Source of the DNA: Nitrosopumilus sp.
GTDB taxonomy: Archaea; Thermoproteota; Nitrososphaeria; Nitrososphaerales; Nitrosopumilaceae
Length of the DNA stretch: 64,000 nucleotides
Assembly: GCA_963662625.1 (NCBI GenBank)
Contig: OY759726.1
Span: 1,794,699 to 1,858,698, forward strand
Reading direction: 5' to 3'
This document shows, piece by piece, positions 48,006-58,064 of this stretch. Every line of letters begins with the position of its first letter. Position 1 is the first letter of the stretch. The notes beneath the pieces are model-generated. The model had not been told where the DNA came from, made no database searches, and saw nothing but the letters and a program-made list of their open reading frames with translations. A program made the position numbers and the translations under genes.

Positions 48006-49610
48006 ATGAACGTGCAGACAAGGTTCATTTTCGTCACCGGGGGGGTCATGTCCGGCCTCGGGAAGGGCGTGACCACGTCCTCGATCGCCAAGCTCCTGCA
48101 GCTGGCAGACCAGAGGGTCTCCTGCGTGAAGATCGACCCGTACCTGAACTACGACGCGGGGACGATGAACCCCGTGGCCCACGGCGAGGTGTTCGTGACC
48201 GAGGACGGCGGGGAATGCGACATGGACATAGGCAACTACGAGCGGTTCCTCAACCAGGACATCCCGAAGAGCCACAACATCACCACCGCCCAGGTGTACT
48301 CCGCGGTGATCGAGGCCGAGCGGAGCGGCAAGTACCTCGGCGCGTGCGTGCAGATCATACCGCACGTCACCGACGAGATCAAGCGCAGGATCAGGGGAAT
48401 CGCCAGCGAGGGGGGCCTCGACTTCCTGGTGGTGGAGTGCGGCGGGACGGTAGGCGACATAGAGTCCCTCCCGTTCCTGGAGGCGCTGAGGCAGATCAGG
48501 GCCGAGGAGGGGCCCGGCGGGGTGATATTCGTCCACGTGACGCTCGCGCCGTCGCTGGACGTGGTGGGGGAGCAGAAGACCAAGCCGACCCAGCACAGCG
48601 CCCAGGAGCTCCGCAGGATCGGCATACAGCCGGACTTTCTCGCGGTCAGGTGCACCGCGCCGCTGGGGGAGAAGGCGAAGGAGAAGATCGCCCTGTTCAC
48701 GAACGTGACGGCGGGCAACGTCCTGTCGTGCCACGACGTCAGGTCCATCTTCCACGTGCCCCAGGTGCTGTACGACCAGAGCATACTCGACTCCGTGTTC
48801 AAGCAGTTTGGCAAGGTCGGGATGGTCAACACGTCGGCCAACTGGGACAGGTGGAACGGGATCGCAGAGTCGATGGTGAGCCCCGGGGAGGGGCGGACCA
48901 GGATCGCCATGGTGGGAAAGTACGTCACGCTGGCGGACAGCTACGTCAGCGTGAACCAGGCGCTGAGGCACGCCGGCGCGAAGATCGGCAGGTCGGTCGA
49001 GATCGACTGGGTGGACTCGGAGGCCATATCCGACTGCGGCACCCTGTCGGGGTACGACGGGATCCTGGTGCCGGGCGGGTTCGGGACGCGCGGCTCCGAG
49101 GGGATAATCAGCGCGGCCGACCATGCCAGGAAGGAGGACATCCCGTACCTCGGGATATGCTTCGGGTTCCAGCTGGCCGCGATCGCCTACGGCAGGAGCG
49201 TGCTGGGCCTGGAGGACGCCAACTCGGCGGAGATCAAGCCGGACGCGGCGAACCCGGTGGTGGACCTGCTGCCGGAGCAGAGGGGGGAGCTCGGCATGGG
49301 CGGCTCGCTCCGCCTGGGGGCAAACAGCATCAGCGTGAAGGAGGGCACGGCGGCGCGCCGGATATACGGCGCCGGCACGATCAGCAAGAGGCACAGGCAC
49401 AGGTACGAGATCAGCGGGGACTACATCCCGGAGTTCGAGAGGAACGGGCTGGCGTTCTCGGCGCACAGCGACGGCGGGAAGAGGATGGAGATCCTCGAGG
49501 TCAGGGGCCACAGGTTCTACCTCGGGGTCCAGTTCCACCCCGAGTTCAACAGCAGGCCCGGGTTCCCGGAGGCCGCGTTCGAGGCGTTCGTGGGCGCCGC
49601 GTCGGAATAG
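48006..49610 (+). CDS. pyrG: CTP synthase
   Basis: GGVMSGLGKG, KTKPTQHS, GICFG and QFHPEF motifs. Confidence 0.98.
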   Translation: MNVQTRFIFVTGGVMSGLGKGVTTSSIAKLLQLADQRVSCVKIDPYLNYDAGTMNPVAHGEVFVTEDGGECDMDIGNYERFLNQDIPKSHNITTAQVYSAVIEAERSGKYLGACVQIIPHVTDEIKRRIRGIASEGGLDFLVVECGGTVGDIESLPFLEALRQIRAEEGPGGVIFVHVTLAPSLDVVGEQKTKPTQHSAQELRRIGIQPDFLAVRCTAPLGEKAKEKIALFTNVTAGNVLSCHDVRSIFHVPQVLYDQSILDSVFKQFGKVGMVNTSANWDRWNGIAESMVSPGEGRTRIAMVGKYVTLADSYVSVNQALRHAGAKIGRSVEIDWVDSEAISDCGTLSGYDGILVPGGFGTRGSEGIISAADHARKEDIPYLGICFGFQLAAIAYGRSVLGLEDANSAEIKPDAANPVVDLLPEQRGELGMGGSLRLGANSISVKEGTAARRIYGAGTISKRHRHRYEISGDYIPEFERNGLAFSAHSDGGKRMEILEVRGHRFYLGVQFHPEFNSRPGFPEAAFEAFVGAASE

Positions 49611-50609
49611 TCACCCTATCCTCGATATCTCGTAGATCTTCTGGCGCGCGTCGCGGATGGACACCTTCTTCTTGACGTACCCCTTGTCCAGCAGGTGGCT
49701 CAGCGCGAGCCTGACCGTCCTGCCCGGCAGCAGCGTCTTGTTTGCGAGGTCCTTCTGCGTCATCGCGCCCTCATACTCCAGGGTCTTGAGGAGCAGCTTG
49801 GAGCTTGGCGGCATGCTGAGCAGCTCCTCGGCCAGGTGCACCTTCTTTGCGAGCGCCGATATCGCGGTGGAGTCCTTCCTGAGCCGGATGATCCTGGCCG
49901 GCGAGTGGAACTTTGCGCACTCCACGCTCCTCGTCACCTTGCGCCTGTCCAGGCCGTCGAGTACCACCTCGCAGTGCACCCTCGCGTAGACGTCGTCGAT
50001 CTCGATGGCGCTGTCGGCCGACACTATCACCGGCCTCCGCGTCACGTCAAGCGAGTTCACCGAGATTATCTCGAACACGCCGGAGTCCTGGAACAGCACC
50101 GGCCCCCCGGCCGACATGGAGTACGCGGACGAGCCTATCGGGGTGGCCACGATCACCCCGTCGCTGTTGTCGTGCCACACCTCCTCGCCGTCGACCCTCA
50201 GCGTGTGCTCCATGAGCATCGCGCTCCTCGAGGAGAAGACGCCGACGTCGTTGAGGACTGGGTAGACGCTCTTGCCGTCGATCCTGACCCCCAGCTGCGG
50301 CACCTCCTCCACCGCGTAGTCCCGCTTCTTGAGCCTCCCGACGTAGGCGCGGAACTCCCGCAGGTCCACCTGCGCCAGGAATCCGCTCGACTCGCCCTCG
50401 CTTATCCCGAGGACGGGGGACGCGGGGCCGGACATGCGGTGGAAGTAGTTCCTCACGCCCCTGTCCCCGCCCAGCACCAGGACGCAGTCGGCGTGGCGCG
50501 GCCTCGACTTGTGGGACACCGCAAACGAGCCTATCCCCGAGTCGTCCAGGATCCGCCGGACCGACTTTGCCGCCTGGTCGTGTCCTGGGCCGTATATGCC
50601 TGCTTGCAC
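49611..50609 (-). CDS. NAD kinase family protein with C-terminal wHTH
   Basis: GGD, LND and DG...ATPIGSSAYSMSAGGP motifs; MarR-like tail. Confidence 0.88.
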   Translation of the reverse strand: MQAGIYGPGHDQAAKSVRRILDDSGIGSFAVSHKSRPRHADCVLVLGGDRGVRNYFHRMSGPASPVLGISEGESSGFLAQVDLREFRAYVGRLKKRDYAVEEVPQLGVRIDGKSVYPVLNDVGVFSSRSAMLMEHTLRVDGEEVWHDNSDGVIVATPIGSSAYSMSAGGPVLFQDSGVFEIISVNSLDVTRRPVIVSADSAIEIDDVYARVHCEVVLDGLDRRKVTRSVECAKFHSPARIIRLRKDSTAISALAKKVHLAEELLSMPPSSKLLLKTLEYEGAMTQKDLANKTLLPGRTVRLALSHLLDKGYVKKKVSIRDARQKIYEISRIG

Positions 50610-50647
50610 AGGGGAACAAGGCGCGTGCCAAATAAAAAGGATCGAGG

Positions 50648-51517
50648 TCAGACGGTGCGGAACTTGACCAGGTTGTAAAAGTACGACGCGTTCGTCTCCA
50701 CCGCCCCCTTCCGGGGGATCTTCAGCAGGCCCACCTGCCGGGAGTCCAGCGCGGCCTGCGCGGCGCCCCCCGCAAAGCACAGCGCCCAGAGCATGTCCCG
50801 CTCCCTCAGCATCGTGCAGCAGAACGCGGCGCAGAAGATGTCGCCGACGCCGGTCGTGTCGCGGATCTCCCTGTTGGGGAGCGTTATGGAGTAGACCTTG
50901 TCCCCGGCCAGCATCGAGACCTCCGCCCCGTCGGTCTGGATCACGTGCTCGACCCCCCGCCTCTGCAGCGACCTCGCCATCTCGTCGCCGCCGCAGCCGG
51001 CCAGGCTGCGGCCCTCGTCGGGGTTCACCTTGACGGCGTCGACCCCCGACAGCTGGACGTCGGATCCGGCGAGGGAGACGCTCCCCCCGGGGCCCGCGGA
51101 GCGCAGGAACCCCTGGGGATCCACCAGCACGAAGCCGGAGTCGGCCTTGATCCTCGAGAACGTGTCGGGCGAGATCTCGCCGCACACGGGGCTGACGAGG
51201 GACCCGTCGGCGTCCGATCCCCCGTACGCTATGTCGTCGCACCTGCTCTCGAGCCTGAGCTCCTTGCGCGCGCCGGACACCCGTATCGAGAACCTCGTCG
51301 TAGGGGCCCGCGCCAGGGCCCCCCGGGGGTCGATCCCGCGCTCCTCCAGGTACTGCCTCGGGAAGTCGCCGCCGAACCTGGTGTGCAGGTCGACGTCGAA
51401 CTTGAGGTTCCTCGCCGTTATGCCGCAGTAGCACGCGGGCCCCCCCGGCCGCTCGTAGGTGGAGCCGCCCACGGTTATGGAGTCGATGGTGCAGTGCGAG
51501 AAAACTGCCAGCCTCAT
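50648..51517 (-). CDS. PfkB family carbohydrate kinase
   Basis: GGPA..., KVNPDE and DTTGVGDIF motifs. Confidence 0.9.
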   Translation of the reverse strand: MRLAVFSHCTIDSITVGGSTYERPGGPACYCGITARNLKFDVDLHTRFGGDFPRQYLEERGIDPRGALARAPTTRFSIRVSGARKELRLESRCDDIAYGGSDADGSLVSPVCGEISPDTFSRIKADSGFVLVDPQGFLRSAGPGGSVSLAGSDVQLSGVDAVKVNPDEGRSLAGCGGDEMARSLQRRGVEHVIQTDGAEVSMLAGDKVYSITLPNREIRDTTGVGDIFCAAFCCTMLRERDMLWALCFAGGAAQAALDSRQVGLLKIPRKGAVETNASYFYNLVKFRTV

Positions 51518-51557
51518 CACGTGGGCTGCGCGGCGCGCGGATTTAGCGTTTTGCATT

Positions 51558-51611
51558 GCCCCCTCCGGGGCGGCCCCCTCCGGGGCGGCCCCCTCCGGGG
51601 CGGCCCCCTCC
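51558..51611. repeat. 15-bp tandem repeat (3.6 copies), intergenic
   Basis: gccccctccggggcg x3 plus partial copy. Confidence 0.9.
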
Positions 51612-51870
51612 CCGCGCCCCGGCGCGGGGCCGGGACGCGCCGGCGGCATGGCGGGATCCCGGCGGCCCGGGCGCCGTTCCGCGCACTTGGCTGCGGGCTC
51701 CCCCGGGCCCCGCCGCCGGGGCGCCCGCGGGGCGCTCTTGGGAGGGCCCAAGCGCGCCCATGGGCGCGGCGCGCGCCAAACCCGCGCGGATGCCGCACGA
51801 TCAGGCGCGAACCCGGACTTGTGCCTGAGGCCATACGCAAGAATATAAGTAGGAAAATCGGATCATGTGC

Positions 51871-52158
51871 ATGCCGCTAAAACGCGCAAGCAGGGGCAGG
51901 ACGAAGGGGGGCAAGGGCTCCTCGGGCGTGGTCCAGTGCACCAACTGCGGGCAGACGATCCCCAAGGACAAGGCGAAGAAGGTCACCTCGAGGCTGAACC
52001 TGGTGGAACACACCCTTGCAAAGGAGCTCCGGGCCCAGGGCGCGTACATCGCGTCGCCCACGGTGCTAAAGTGGTACTGCATATCGTGCGCGATCCACTT
52101 TAAGATCCTGAAGATAAGGTCCGCCGACAACAGGCGGAAGCGCGGAAAGCTGCGGTAG
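51871..52158 (+). CDS. rps26e: 30S ribosomal protein S26e
   Basis: VQCTNCG..IPKDKA...YCISCAIH. Confidence 0.96.
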   Translation: MPLKRASRGRTKGGKGSSGVVQCTNCGQTIPKDKAKKVTSRLNLVEHTLAKELRAQGAYIASPTVLKWYCISCAIHFKILKIRSADNRRKRGKLR

Positions 52159-52160
52159 CC

Positions 52161-52733
52161 CTACCCCCCCGCGCGCCGGGCGGTCACGATCATCCTCTGC
52201 GCCAGGGTCGCCGCCGCGATGGCGGCCACCGCGATCACCGCGTACTCCATGAGCCCGGCCATCCCCAGCACCGCCACCACCAGGAGCCGCTCGGCCCGCT
52301 CGCCGATCCCGACGCCCTGCAGCCCGATGCCGATGGCGTCGGACTTTGCCCTAGCGTAGCTGGCCAGGAGCGAGAGGGTGATCGCGAGGAAGACCGCGTA
52401 CGGCTCGGCGTACCCCCCGACCAGTATCCCCAGGAAGACCGCCACCTCGGCGATCTTGTCGGACATCGAGTCGAGGTACCCGCCCCTCTTCGACGCCCTC
52501 CCGGTGACGCGGGCGACCTGCCCGTCCACCACGTCAAAGAACCCGGAGGCAAGGAGCAGCGCGCCGCCCACCACCAGTGCAAGCTCCATCGCCAGCCCGT
52601 AGGCCGCCGCGGACGCCGCGGCCAGCGCCAGCCCCAGGCACGTCCACGCGTTCGGCGGGACCCCGGTGGCGGCAAACGACTTCCCGATCCCCTCGAGGAC
52701 CGGGCGGAGCCTGTCGCGAAGGTTGTTCAGCAC
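52161..52733 (-). CDS. CDP-alcohol phosphatidyltransferase (archaetidylinositol phosphate synthase-like)
   Basis: DVVDGQVAR...G.YLDSMSD motif. Confidence 0.92.
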   Translation of the reverse strand: MLNNLRDRLRPVLEGIGKSFAATGVPPNAWTCLGLALAAASAAAYGLAMELALVVGGALLLASGFFDVVDGQVARVTGRASKRGGYLDSMSDKIAEVAVFLGILVGGYAEPYAVFLAITLSLLASYARAKSDAIGIGLQGVGIGERAERLLVVAVLGMAGLMEYAVIAVAAIAAATLAQRMIVTARRAGG

Positions 52734-52791
52734 GAGTTTTCCCCAATGCACGCGTATATAAGAAAAATGCCGGCGCCGGGCCCGCGCGGCC

Positions 52792-53667
52792 CTACCGGCC
52801 CCTCGCCACGTTCATCGCGATGAGCTCGGACACTATCCTGGCGGCGATCACGGCGGTGGCCCCGTTGTCGAACTGCGGGTTTAGCTCCACGACGTCGGCC
52901 CCGGCGACGGCGGCGCCCTCGAGGGCGCGGACCAGGTCCAGCAGCTCGCGCGACGTCATGCCGGCGGCCTCGGGGTTCCCCACCCCGGGGGCAAACGCGG
53001 GGTCCAGCACGTCGAGGTCGAAGCTGGCGTATATCCTGTCAAAGGACGACGCGAACTCCCGCAGCAGCCCCGGCCCGTCGCCGGCCCGGACCTGCCGGTC
53101 GGATATGGTCACGATGCCGCTCTCCTTCAGGAAGGCCAGCTCCTCCCTGGCGAACGCCCGCGCGCCCACGTGCATGACGTTCTCCGGCCCCCTGTCCTCG
53201 ACTATCCGGCGCAGGTACGAGGCGTGGCCCAGCCGGGTGCCCGAATACTCGTCCCTCAGGTCGTAGTGCGCGTCGAACACCACGTAGCCGGTGTCCCGCG
53301 GGAAGCCGGCGTACGCCCCGTAGGTAAGCGAGTGCTCGCCCCCCAGTATGAGCAGCTGCCTGCCCCTCGGCGCGAGCTCCCCCGTGATCTTCCTGACCAT
53401 GTCGATCATCTGGCTGGCCACGGCGGTGTGGGCCGCGTTTCCGAGGTCCTCGACGGCGGCGCCCCCCAGGTCCACCCCGAGCCCGGGGTGGAACACCTCG
53501 ATGTTGTTGAAGGCGTCCCGTATCGCGTCGGGCCCGAACCGGCAGCCCGGCCTGTAGGAGTGGGTGGAGTCAAACGGCACCCCGAAGACCGTGGCCACGG
53601 GATCGGCCCCCCCTCCCGGCGCCGCGCCGAGCTGGCGCCCGCCCAGGTACAGGTCAAGGTAGCTCAT
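52792..53667 (-). CDS. speB: Agmatinase
   Basis: GGEHS, DAHYD, DLDVLDPAFAPG and ELNP motifs. Confidence 0.93.
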   Translation of the reverse strand: MSYLDLYLGGRQLGAAPGGGADPVATVFGVPFDSTHSYRPGCRFGPDAIRDAFNNIEVFHPGLGVDLGGAAVEDLGNAAHTAVASQMIDMVRKITGELAPRGRQLLILGGEHSLTYGAYAGFPRDTGYVVFDAHYDLRDEYSGTRLGHASYLRRIVEDRGPENVMHVGARAFAREELAFLKESGIVTISDRQVRAGDGPGLLREFASSFDRIYASFDLDVLDPAFAPGVGNPEAAGMTSRELLDLVRALEGAAVAGADVVELNPQFDNGATAVIAARIVSELIAMNVARGR

Positions 53668-53671
53668 GGCG

Positions 53672-55549
53672 TCACGCCATCACCTGCGGCCGCCGCGAGA
53701 GGCGCCTCGGGGCGTTCAGCCCGGAAGACGGCTTCCCCGCCGTCTCCCCCTCGAACTCCGAGACAAGGTCGTCAAACGGGATCTCCCTGACGCCCCCCGC
53801 CCGCCGGTCGCGGACGCTGAGGTTCTCGGAGCCGGCCTCGTTCTCCCCCACGACCAGTATGTAGCGGATCCACTCCTTCTCCGCGTCGCGGATCCTCCTG
53901 CCGACGCTCTCGTTCCTGTCGTCGATGTCGACGCGCATGCCCCTCCCGGACAGCCTGGACCCCAGGCCGTCGCAGAACTCCGCGAACTCCTCCTTCACCG
54001 GTATTATCCTCGCCTGCGTGGGCGCGAGCCACAGGGGGTACTGCGGCTTCCTGCCCTCCCGCGAGTCCCTGGCCGCGTTCTCCAGGAGCGCGTAGATCAC
54101 CCTCTCGACGGCGCCGCACGGCGAGTTGTGCAGTATGATCGGGTGCCGCGGCGCGCCGTCCTCGTCCACGAACTCTATCCCGTAGCGGGCGCCGTTCTCG
54201 ACGTCGATCTGGTCCGTGGAGAGGGCCGTCGCCTTCCCGAGGTTGTCGACGTAGTTGAACTCCCACTTTAGCACGAAGTAGAAGAACCTCTCGCTCCACA
54301 CCTCGACCAGCACGGGCCTGCCGTGCCTCCTGGCCAGGTCCTCCACCGCGGCCCGGTTCTCGGCGTAAAACTCCTCGGTAAACCTGATCGCCATCTCGCA
54401 GTCCCGCTCCGGGACGCCCAGCTCCCGCAGGACGTCGCGCGACAGGTCGAACCTGGCCTTGATCTCCGATATCGCCTGGCCCATGTCCTTGCAGAACGCG
54501 TGGCAGTCGGGCATGGTGAACGCCCGGAGGCGCCTCAGGCCCACCAGCTCGCCGGACTGCTCGCGCCGGAAGCTGTACCTGGCCATCTCGTAGAGGCGGT
54601 ACGGCAGGCTCCTGTGAGACATCTGGAAGTCGTTTGCCATGAGGAACTGCCCGAAGCACGCCGCGAAGCGCAGGAACAGCTTCTTCCCCTCCGAGTCTAT
54701 GCTGTACTGCCGCGCCGGGAACCTGTTGAAGTAGCTCATCATGCTGGGGTGGCCGGAGTCGTACATTATGGGCGTCTCCACCTCGTATCCCCCGTACTCC
54801 CTGACCCTGTCCGTGACGTACCTCTCGATCAGGGACTTTATCAGCCGGCCGTTTGGGAAGAACCTCATGTTGCCCGGATCCGACGCCGGCTCGTAGTCGG
54901 CGACCGCCATCCTCTTCATGAGCGCGATGTGCGGGGGCGGCTCGTCCACCGCCCGGTTCTTCGAGGCCTCGTACCTCGCGAGGGCCTCGAGGCCCCCCTG
55001 GCCCGAGAAGTCATAGTCAGACACGTCGGTCATGGTGCCGTCCGGCGAGAGTATCTTCCAGGACGACGTCATCCCCGACTCGCCCCGCAGGGCCTCCGAC
55101 GTCTCCTCGTCCCCGCGCTGGTCCCCCGCGCCCCCGCGCCCGCCGCCTGCCGTGATCACCTTGGAGGCCTCTGCCAGCGGGTGCCCCTTCACCTGCACCT
55201 TGTAGGACTTTGTCCACCCGAACGGCGAGCGGGACACCTCGAGGCCGGCGGCGGCAGACTCCATCTCGCGCAGCACCACGACGGCCTCCTGCGGGGGCGC
55301 GAGGTCGGAGCTCAGGTGGGCGTACGGGTACAGCAGCAGCCTCCTGCAGCCGATCTTCCCCATCGACTCCCGGATCTGGGACACCGCGTCCCTCGCCACC
55401 GAGGAGTCGTCCCCCCGCTCCACCGCGACGAACGCGACGACGACCTCCTCGAGGCGCACGGTCGCCGGCTCCGCGTCCTCCGCCGCCTTGATCTCTTTCT
55501 TCGTCGGGGTGTACTCTATGCTGTCGCAGTGGAGTTGGAGTATTCGCAC
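53672..55549 (-). CDS. thrS: Threonyl-tRNA synthetase (archaeal type)
   Basis: Archaeal editing domain (LYPYAHLSS, SPFGW.K); RFAACFG, FTMPDCH and WLAPTQ motifs. Confidence 0.97.
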   Translation of the reverse strand: MRILQLHCDSIEYTPTKKEIKAAEDAEPATVRLEEVVVAFVAVERGDDSSVARDAVSQIRESMGKIGCRRLLLYPYAHLSSDLAPPQEAVVVLREMESAAAGLEVSRSPFGWTKSYKVQVKGHPLAEASKVITAGGGRGGAGDQRGDEETSEALRGESGMTSSWKILSPDGTMTDVSDYDFSGQGGLEALARYEASKNRAVDEPPPHIALMKRMAVADYEPASDPGNMRFFPNGRLIKSLIERYVTDRVREYGGYEVETPIMYDSGHPSMMSYFNRFPARQYSIDSEGKKLFLRFAACFGQFLMANDFQMSHRSLPYRLYEMARYSFRREQSGELVGLRRLRAFTMPDCHAFCKDMGQAISEIKARFDLSRDVLRELGVPERDCEMAIRFTEEFYAENRAAVEDLARRHGRPVLVEVWSERFFYFVLKWEFNYVDNLGKATALSTDQIDVENGARYGIEFVDEDGAPRHPIILHNSPCGAVERVIYALLENAARDSREGRKPQYPLWLAPTQARIIPVKEEFAEFCDGLGSRLSGRGMRVDIDDRNESVGRRIRDAEKEWIRYILVVGENEAGSENLSVRDRRAGGVREIPFDDLVSEFEGETAGKPSSGLNAPRRLSRRPQVMA

Positions 55550-55640
55550 AGCCTCAGGCTCCGCCGGATCGGAATTAAATGTTATGAACCGCGGGGGCAT
55601 TCCCGGCACGGAAGGCCCGCCCGCGGAGCGGCGGCCCGCG

Positions 55641-57201
55641 TCACGGGGCGGGCGCCAGGCCGACCTCCATGGTGACGGCGGATCCTGGCACGGGGTCGAC
55701 CACGGTCAGCGCTCCCGGGACGCCGGACGCCGGGTCCGCCGGCGACGTCGCCCCGGCGTACCCGTCGGGGACCACCACCTGCGCCAAGAAGTCGGCCGGG
55801 ATGATGCCGGCCTTGCTTGCCGTGCCGTCCCGTCCTGTGGTCACGGAATCCCGCTCGCCGGTGGAGTACGCGTACACGGCTACCACCACTCCGGGTATGG
55901 CCGGCTCGCCCGCGTCAATCCTGCCGTTTGCGTTGGAGTCGGCGTACGCGGCGACGTCGAGCGTCACGGCCTCCGACGGCTGTACGGGTCGGAACCCGAC
56001 GTCGAACGCCACGGTTTTGCCCGCTTCCGGGTGCACGTACGCGTAGGAGGGCGACGTGGCCGGGCGGGGCGTGGGCTGCCTGCACGAGCGCCAGGCCGGG
56101 CGGGGCGTTCATGCCGAACGTGTACGCGCCCCCGGAGCCCGTGGTCGCCCTTAGGACGGCATGCGGGCTAGCGGGATCCACCACGTACATGGCGTACCCC
56201 GGGATCCCGGGCTCCCCCTGGTCCCGGGCGCCGTCGCCGTCCGTGTCGTAGAACACCGTGCCCCCCACGATCGCCGGAACGGGCACTGGTCCGTCGGCTA
56301 CGGTGACGGCGACGGCCCTGGAATTGTGACTCCCAAAGCCTCCCGCGGACACCACGGTGACGCCGTAGGACGCCTTTTCGTACTGGCCGGACAGGGACAC
56401 GAGCACGTTCCCACGCACCTCGAACAGGTCTCCGTCTCCCCCCGGGGCCACGCCGTACGAGGGGTTCTGCCCGTCAAGGAAGCTGTTCTGCGCCGCCAGG
56501 GCGGTTACCGCGAGGCCTCCCCGGGACACCGCGGCGGCGCCCGGCACTACGTACCACTCCCCCAGGTTCTGGTCGAACGAGTCCGCGCCATCGAACATGC
56601 CGGACATGCCGGTGACGGAGGAGACGTCCCAGGGGTTAAGGGGCTGGTCGAAGGAAGAGGCGCCTGCGAACATCCAATACATGTCAGTCACGCCCGACAC
56701 GTCCCAGGAGGAGACGTCTCCGTCGAAGGAGGAGTCGTGGAACATGTATCCAAGGCTGGTCACGCCTGACAGGTCCGGGGCGTCAGTTGCCCTGTACTCC
56801 ATTCTGGAGGCACCGCTGAACGCCGACTCCATCGTGGCCCAGCTTGTGGTGCCCCACTGGTCTATCTAGCGCAGCTTGGCGGCGTTCCCGGGATCCCCGC
56901 CCAGGTAGATCCTCGCAAAGTCGCCCGTTACCTTCACGGTGTAGGTCCCGGGGGAGCCGTACGCGTGCGTGGCATCGCCCGAATGCTCGGTGCTGCTGCC
57001 GTCCCCCCAGTCCACCGCATAGGCGCCTTCGGCGCCCCCGACTGGTATTGTTATCGACTCGCCGGTGGCGGTGGTCTCCCAGGTGGTCACGAACGGGGCC
57101 GGCTGGCCGTGGACGGCGCCGGCGCTGCCCGCCGCCGCGACGCATATGGCCGCGGCGCACAGGACGAGGCGCGGCACGCCCTGCCGGGGACGGATCCTCA
57201 T
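55641..57201 (-). pseudogene. BspA/DUF285 surface protein (PKD + DUF285 + cadherin-like + SdrD-B-like), disrupted
   Basis: Signal peptide, FVTTW, VDWGDG, WDVS.VT.M..MF repeats, D.DGDG..D.GEPGIPG; in-frame TAG at 56866-56868 and frameshift near 56050. Confidence 0.85.
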
Positions 57202-57448
57202 GGCCTTGGTGCGCCCTCTCCGTATTTATTGTTGCACGGGGCACCGGGAAGGGCGTGCCCCTCCGCGCCGGTGCCGGCCCGCCACCGAGCCAGGATCTGG
57301 CGTGCATGCAGGTGCCAGTTAAAGCGAAAGGCCCCCAGGCGTGTTTTATGGCAAATTCCCCTTTAAGCATGGGACGGGTTTGTCGAACAAAACTCCCCGA
57401 GGCCATTTGGTGCAGGCGCTGTCCTTCATCGAGGGCGATGGCAACGGG

Positions 57449-58018
57449 TCAGAGAGGGCGCAGTTCGTCTCGGACGACTCCGATCACCTGGTCGCCGGGC
57501 CATGCCCCCGGGAGAGTACCGGCCGGAGGATGCTGGTGGTGCCGGTCGACGGCGCGATCGCCCACTTCCAAGCCGCCAAATAGCCGTCCGCCCCGGCCGG
57601 CTGCGCCCCCCTGCGGGCCGCGGCGCGGCGGGCCATCCGGCCCCACCGGACTCGCAGGATTCCCGGCAGGCGGGGTGGCCCCCAGGCCGGCCCCGCCCTC
57701 CAGGGCGATGACCGAGCGCAGGACCAGCGCCGACAGCCCGAGGCTGGAGGCTACGAACCTGGCGGCCCTCCCTAGCGCGTCTGGCCCGCGGAACCCCTCG
57801 TCGTATACCATCTCCACCGATCCCCTGTCGGTGTCCACGAACGAGGTGATCAGCGAGTAGGGCCCCAGATCCTCGTCGGCCCCCTCCTCGTAGAGGCGGA
57901 GCTCCACGCGGGACACGACAAGGCCGCGCTCGCGGAGGGCGCCGGACCCGAGGAGCACCTCCGTCGCGTCGGGCTCCCTGTCCACCCGGCCAGGCCGGGG
58001 GACGTCCACCAAATGCAT
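57449..58018 (-). CDS. Conserved hypothetical protein (C-terminal part may be read-through)
   Basis: N-terminal ~110 aa look protein-like (LGPYSLITSFVDTD.GSVEMVYDEGFRG); tail is GC-rich low complexity. Confidence 0.6.
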   Translation of the reverse strand: MHLVDVPRPGRVDREPDATEVLLGSGALRERGLVVSRVELRLYEEGADEDLGPYSLITSFVDTDRGSVEMVYDEGFRGPDALGRAARFVASSLGLSALVLRSVIALEGGAGLGATPPAGNPASPVGPDGPPRRGPQGGAAGRGGRLFGGLEVGDRAVDRHHQHPPAGTLPGAWPGDQVIGVVRDELRPL

Positions 58019-58064
58019 GCCTAGTCTTGCCGCCCCGGATCGCTATAAAGTTGGCGCAAACGTT

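Noticed and set aside
56866-56868. In-frame TAG as pyrrolysine or readthrough recoding
   Set aside because: The same gene has a second lesion (frameshift), TAG is a normal stop in many genes here, and a single TCG->TAG change explains it
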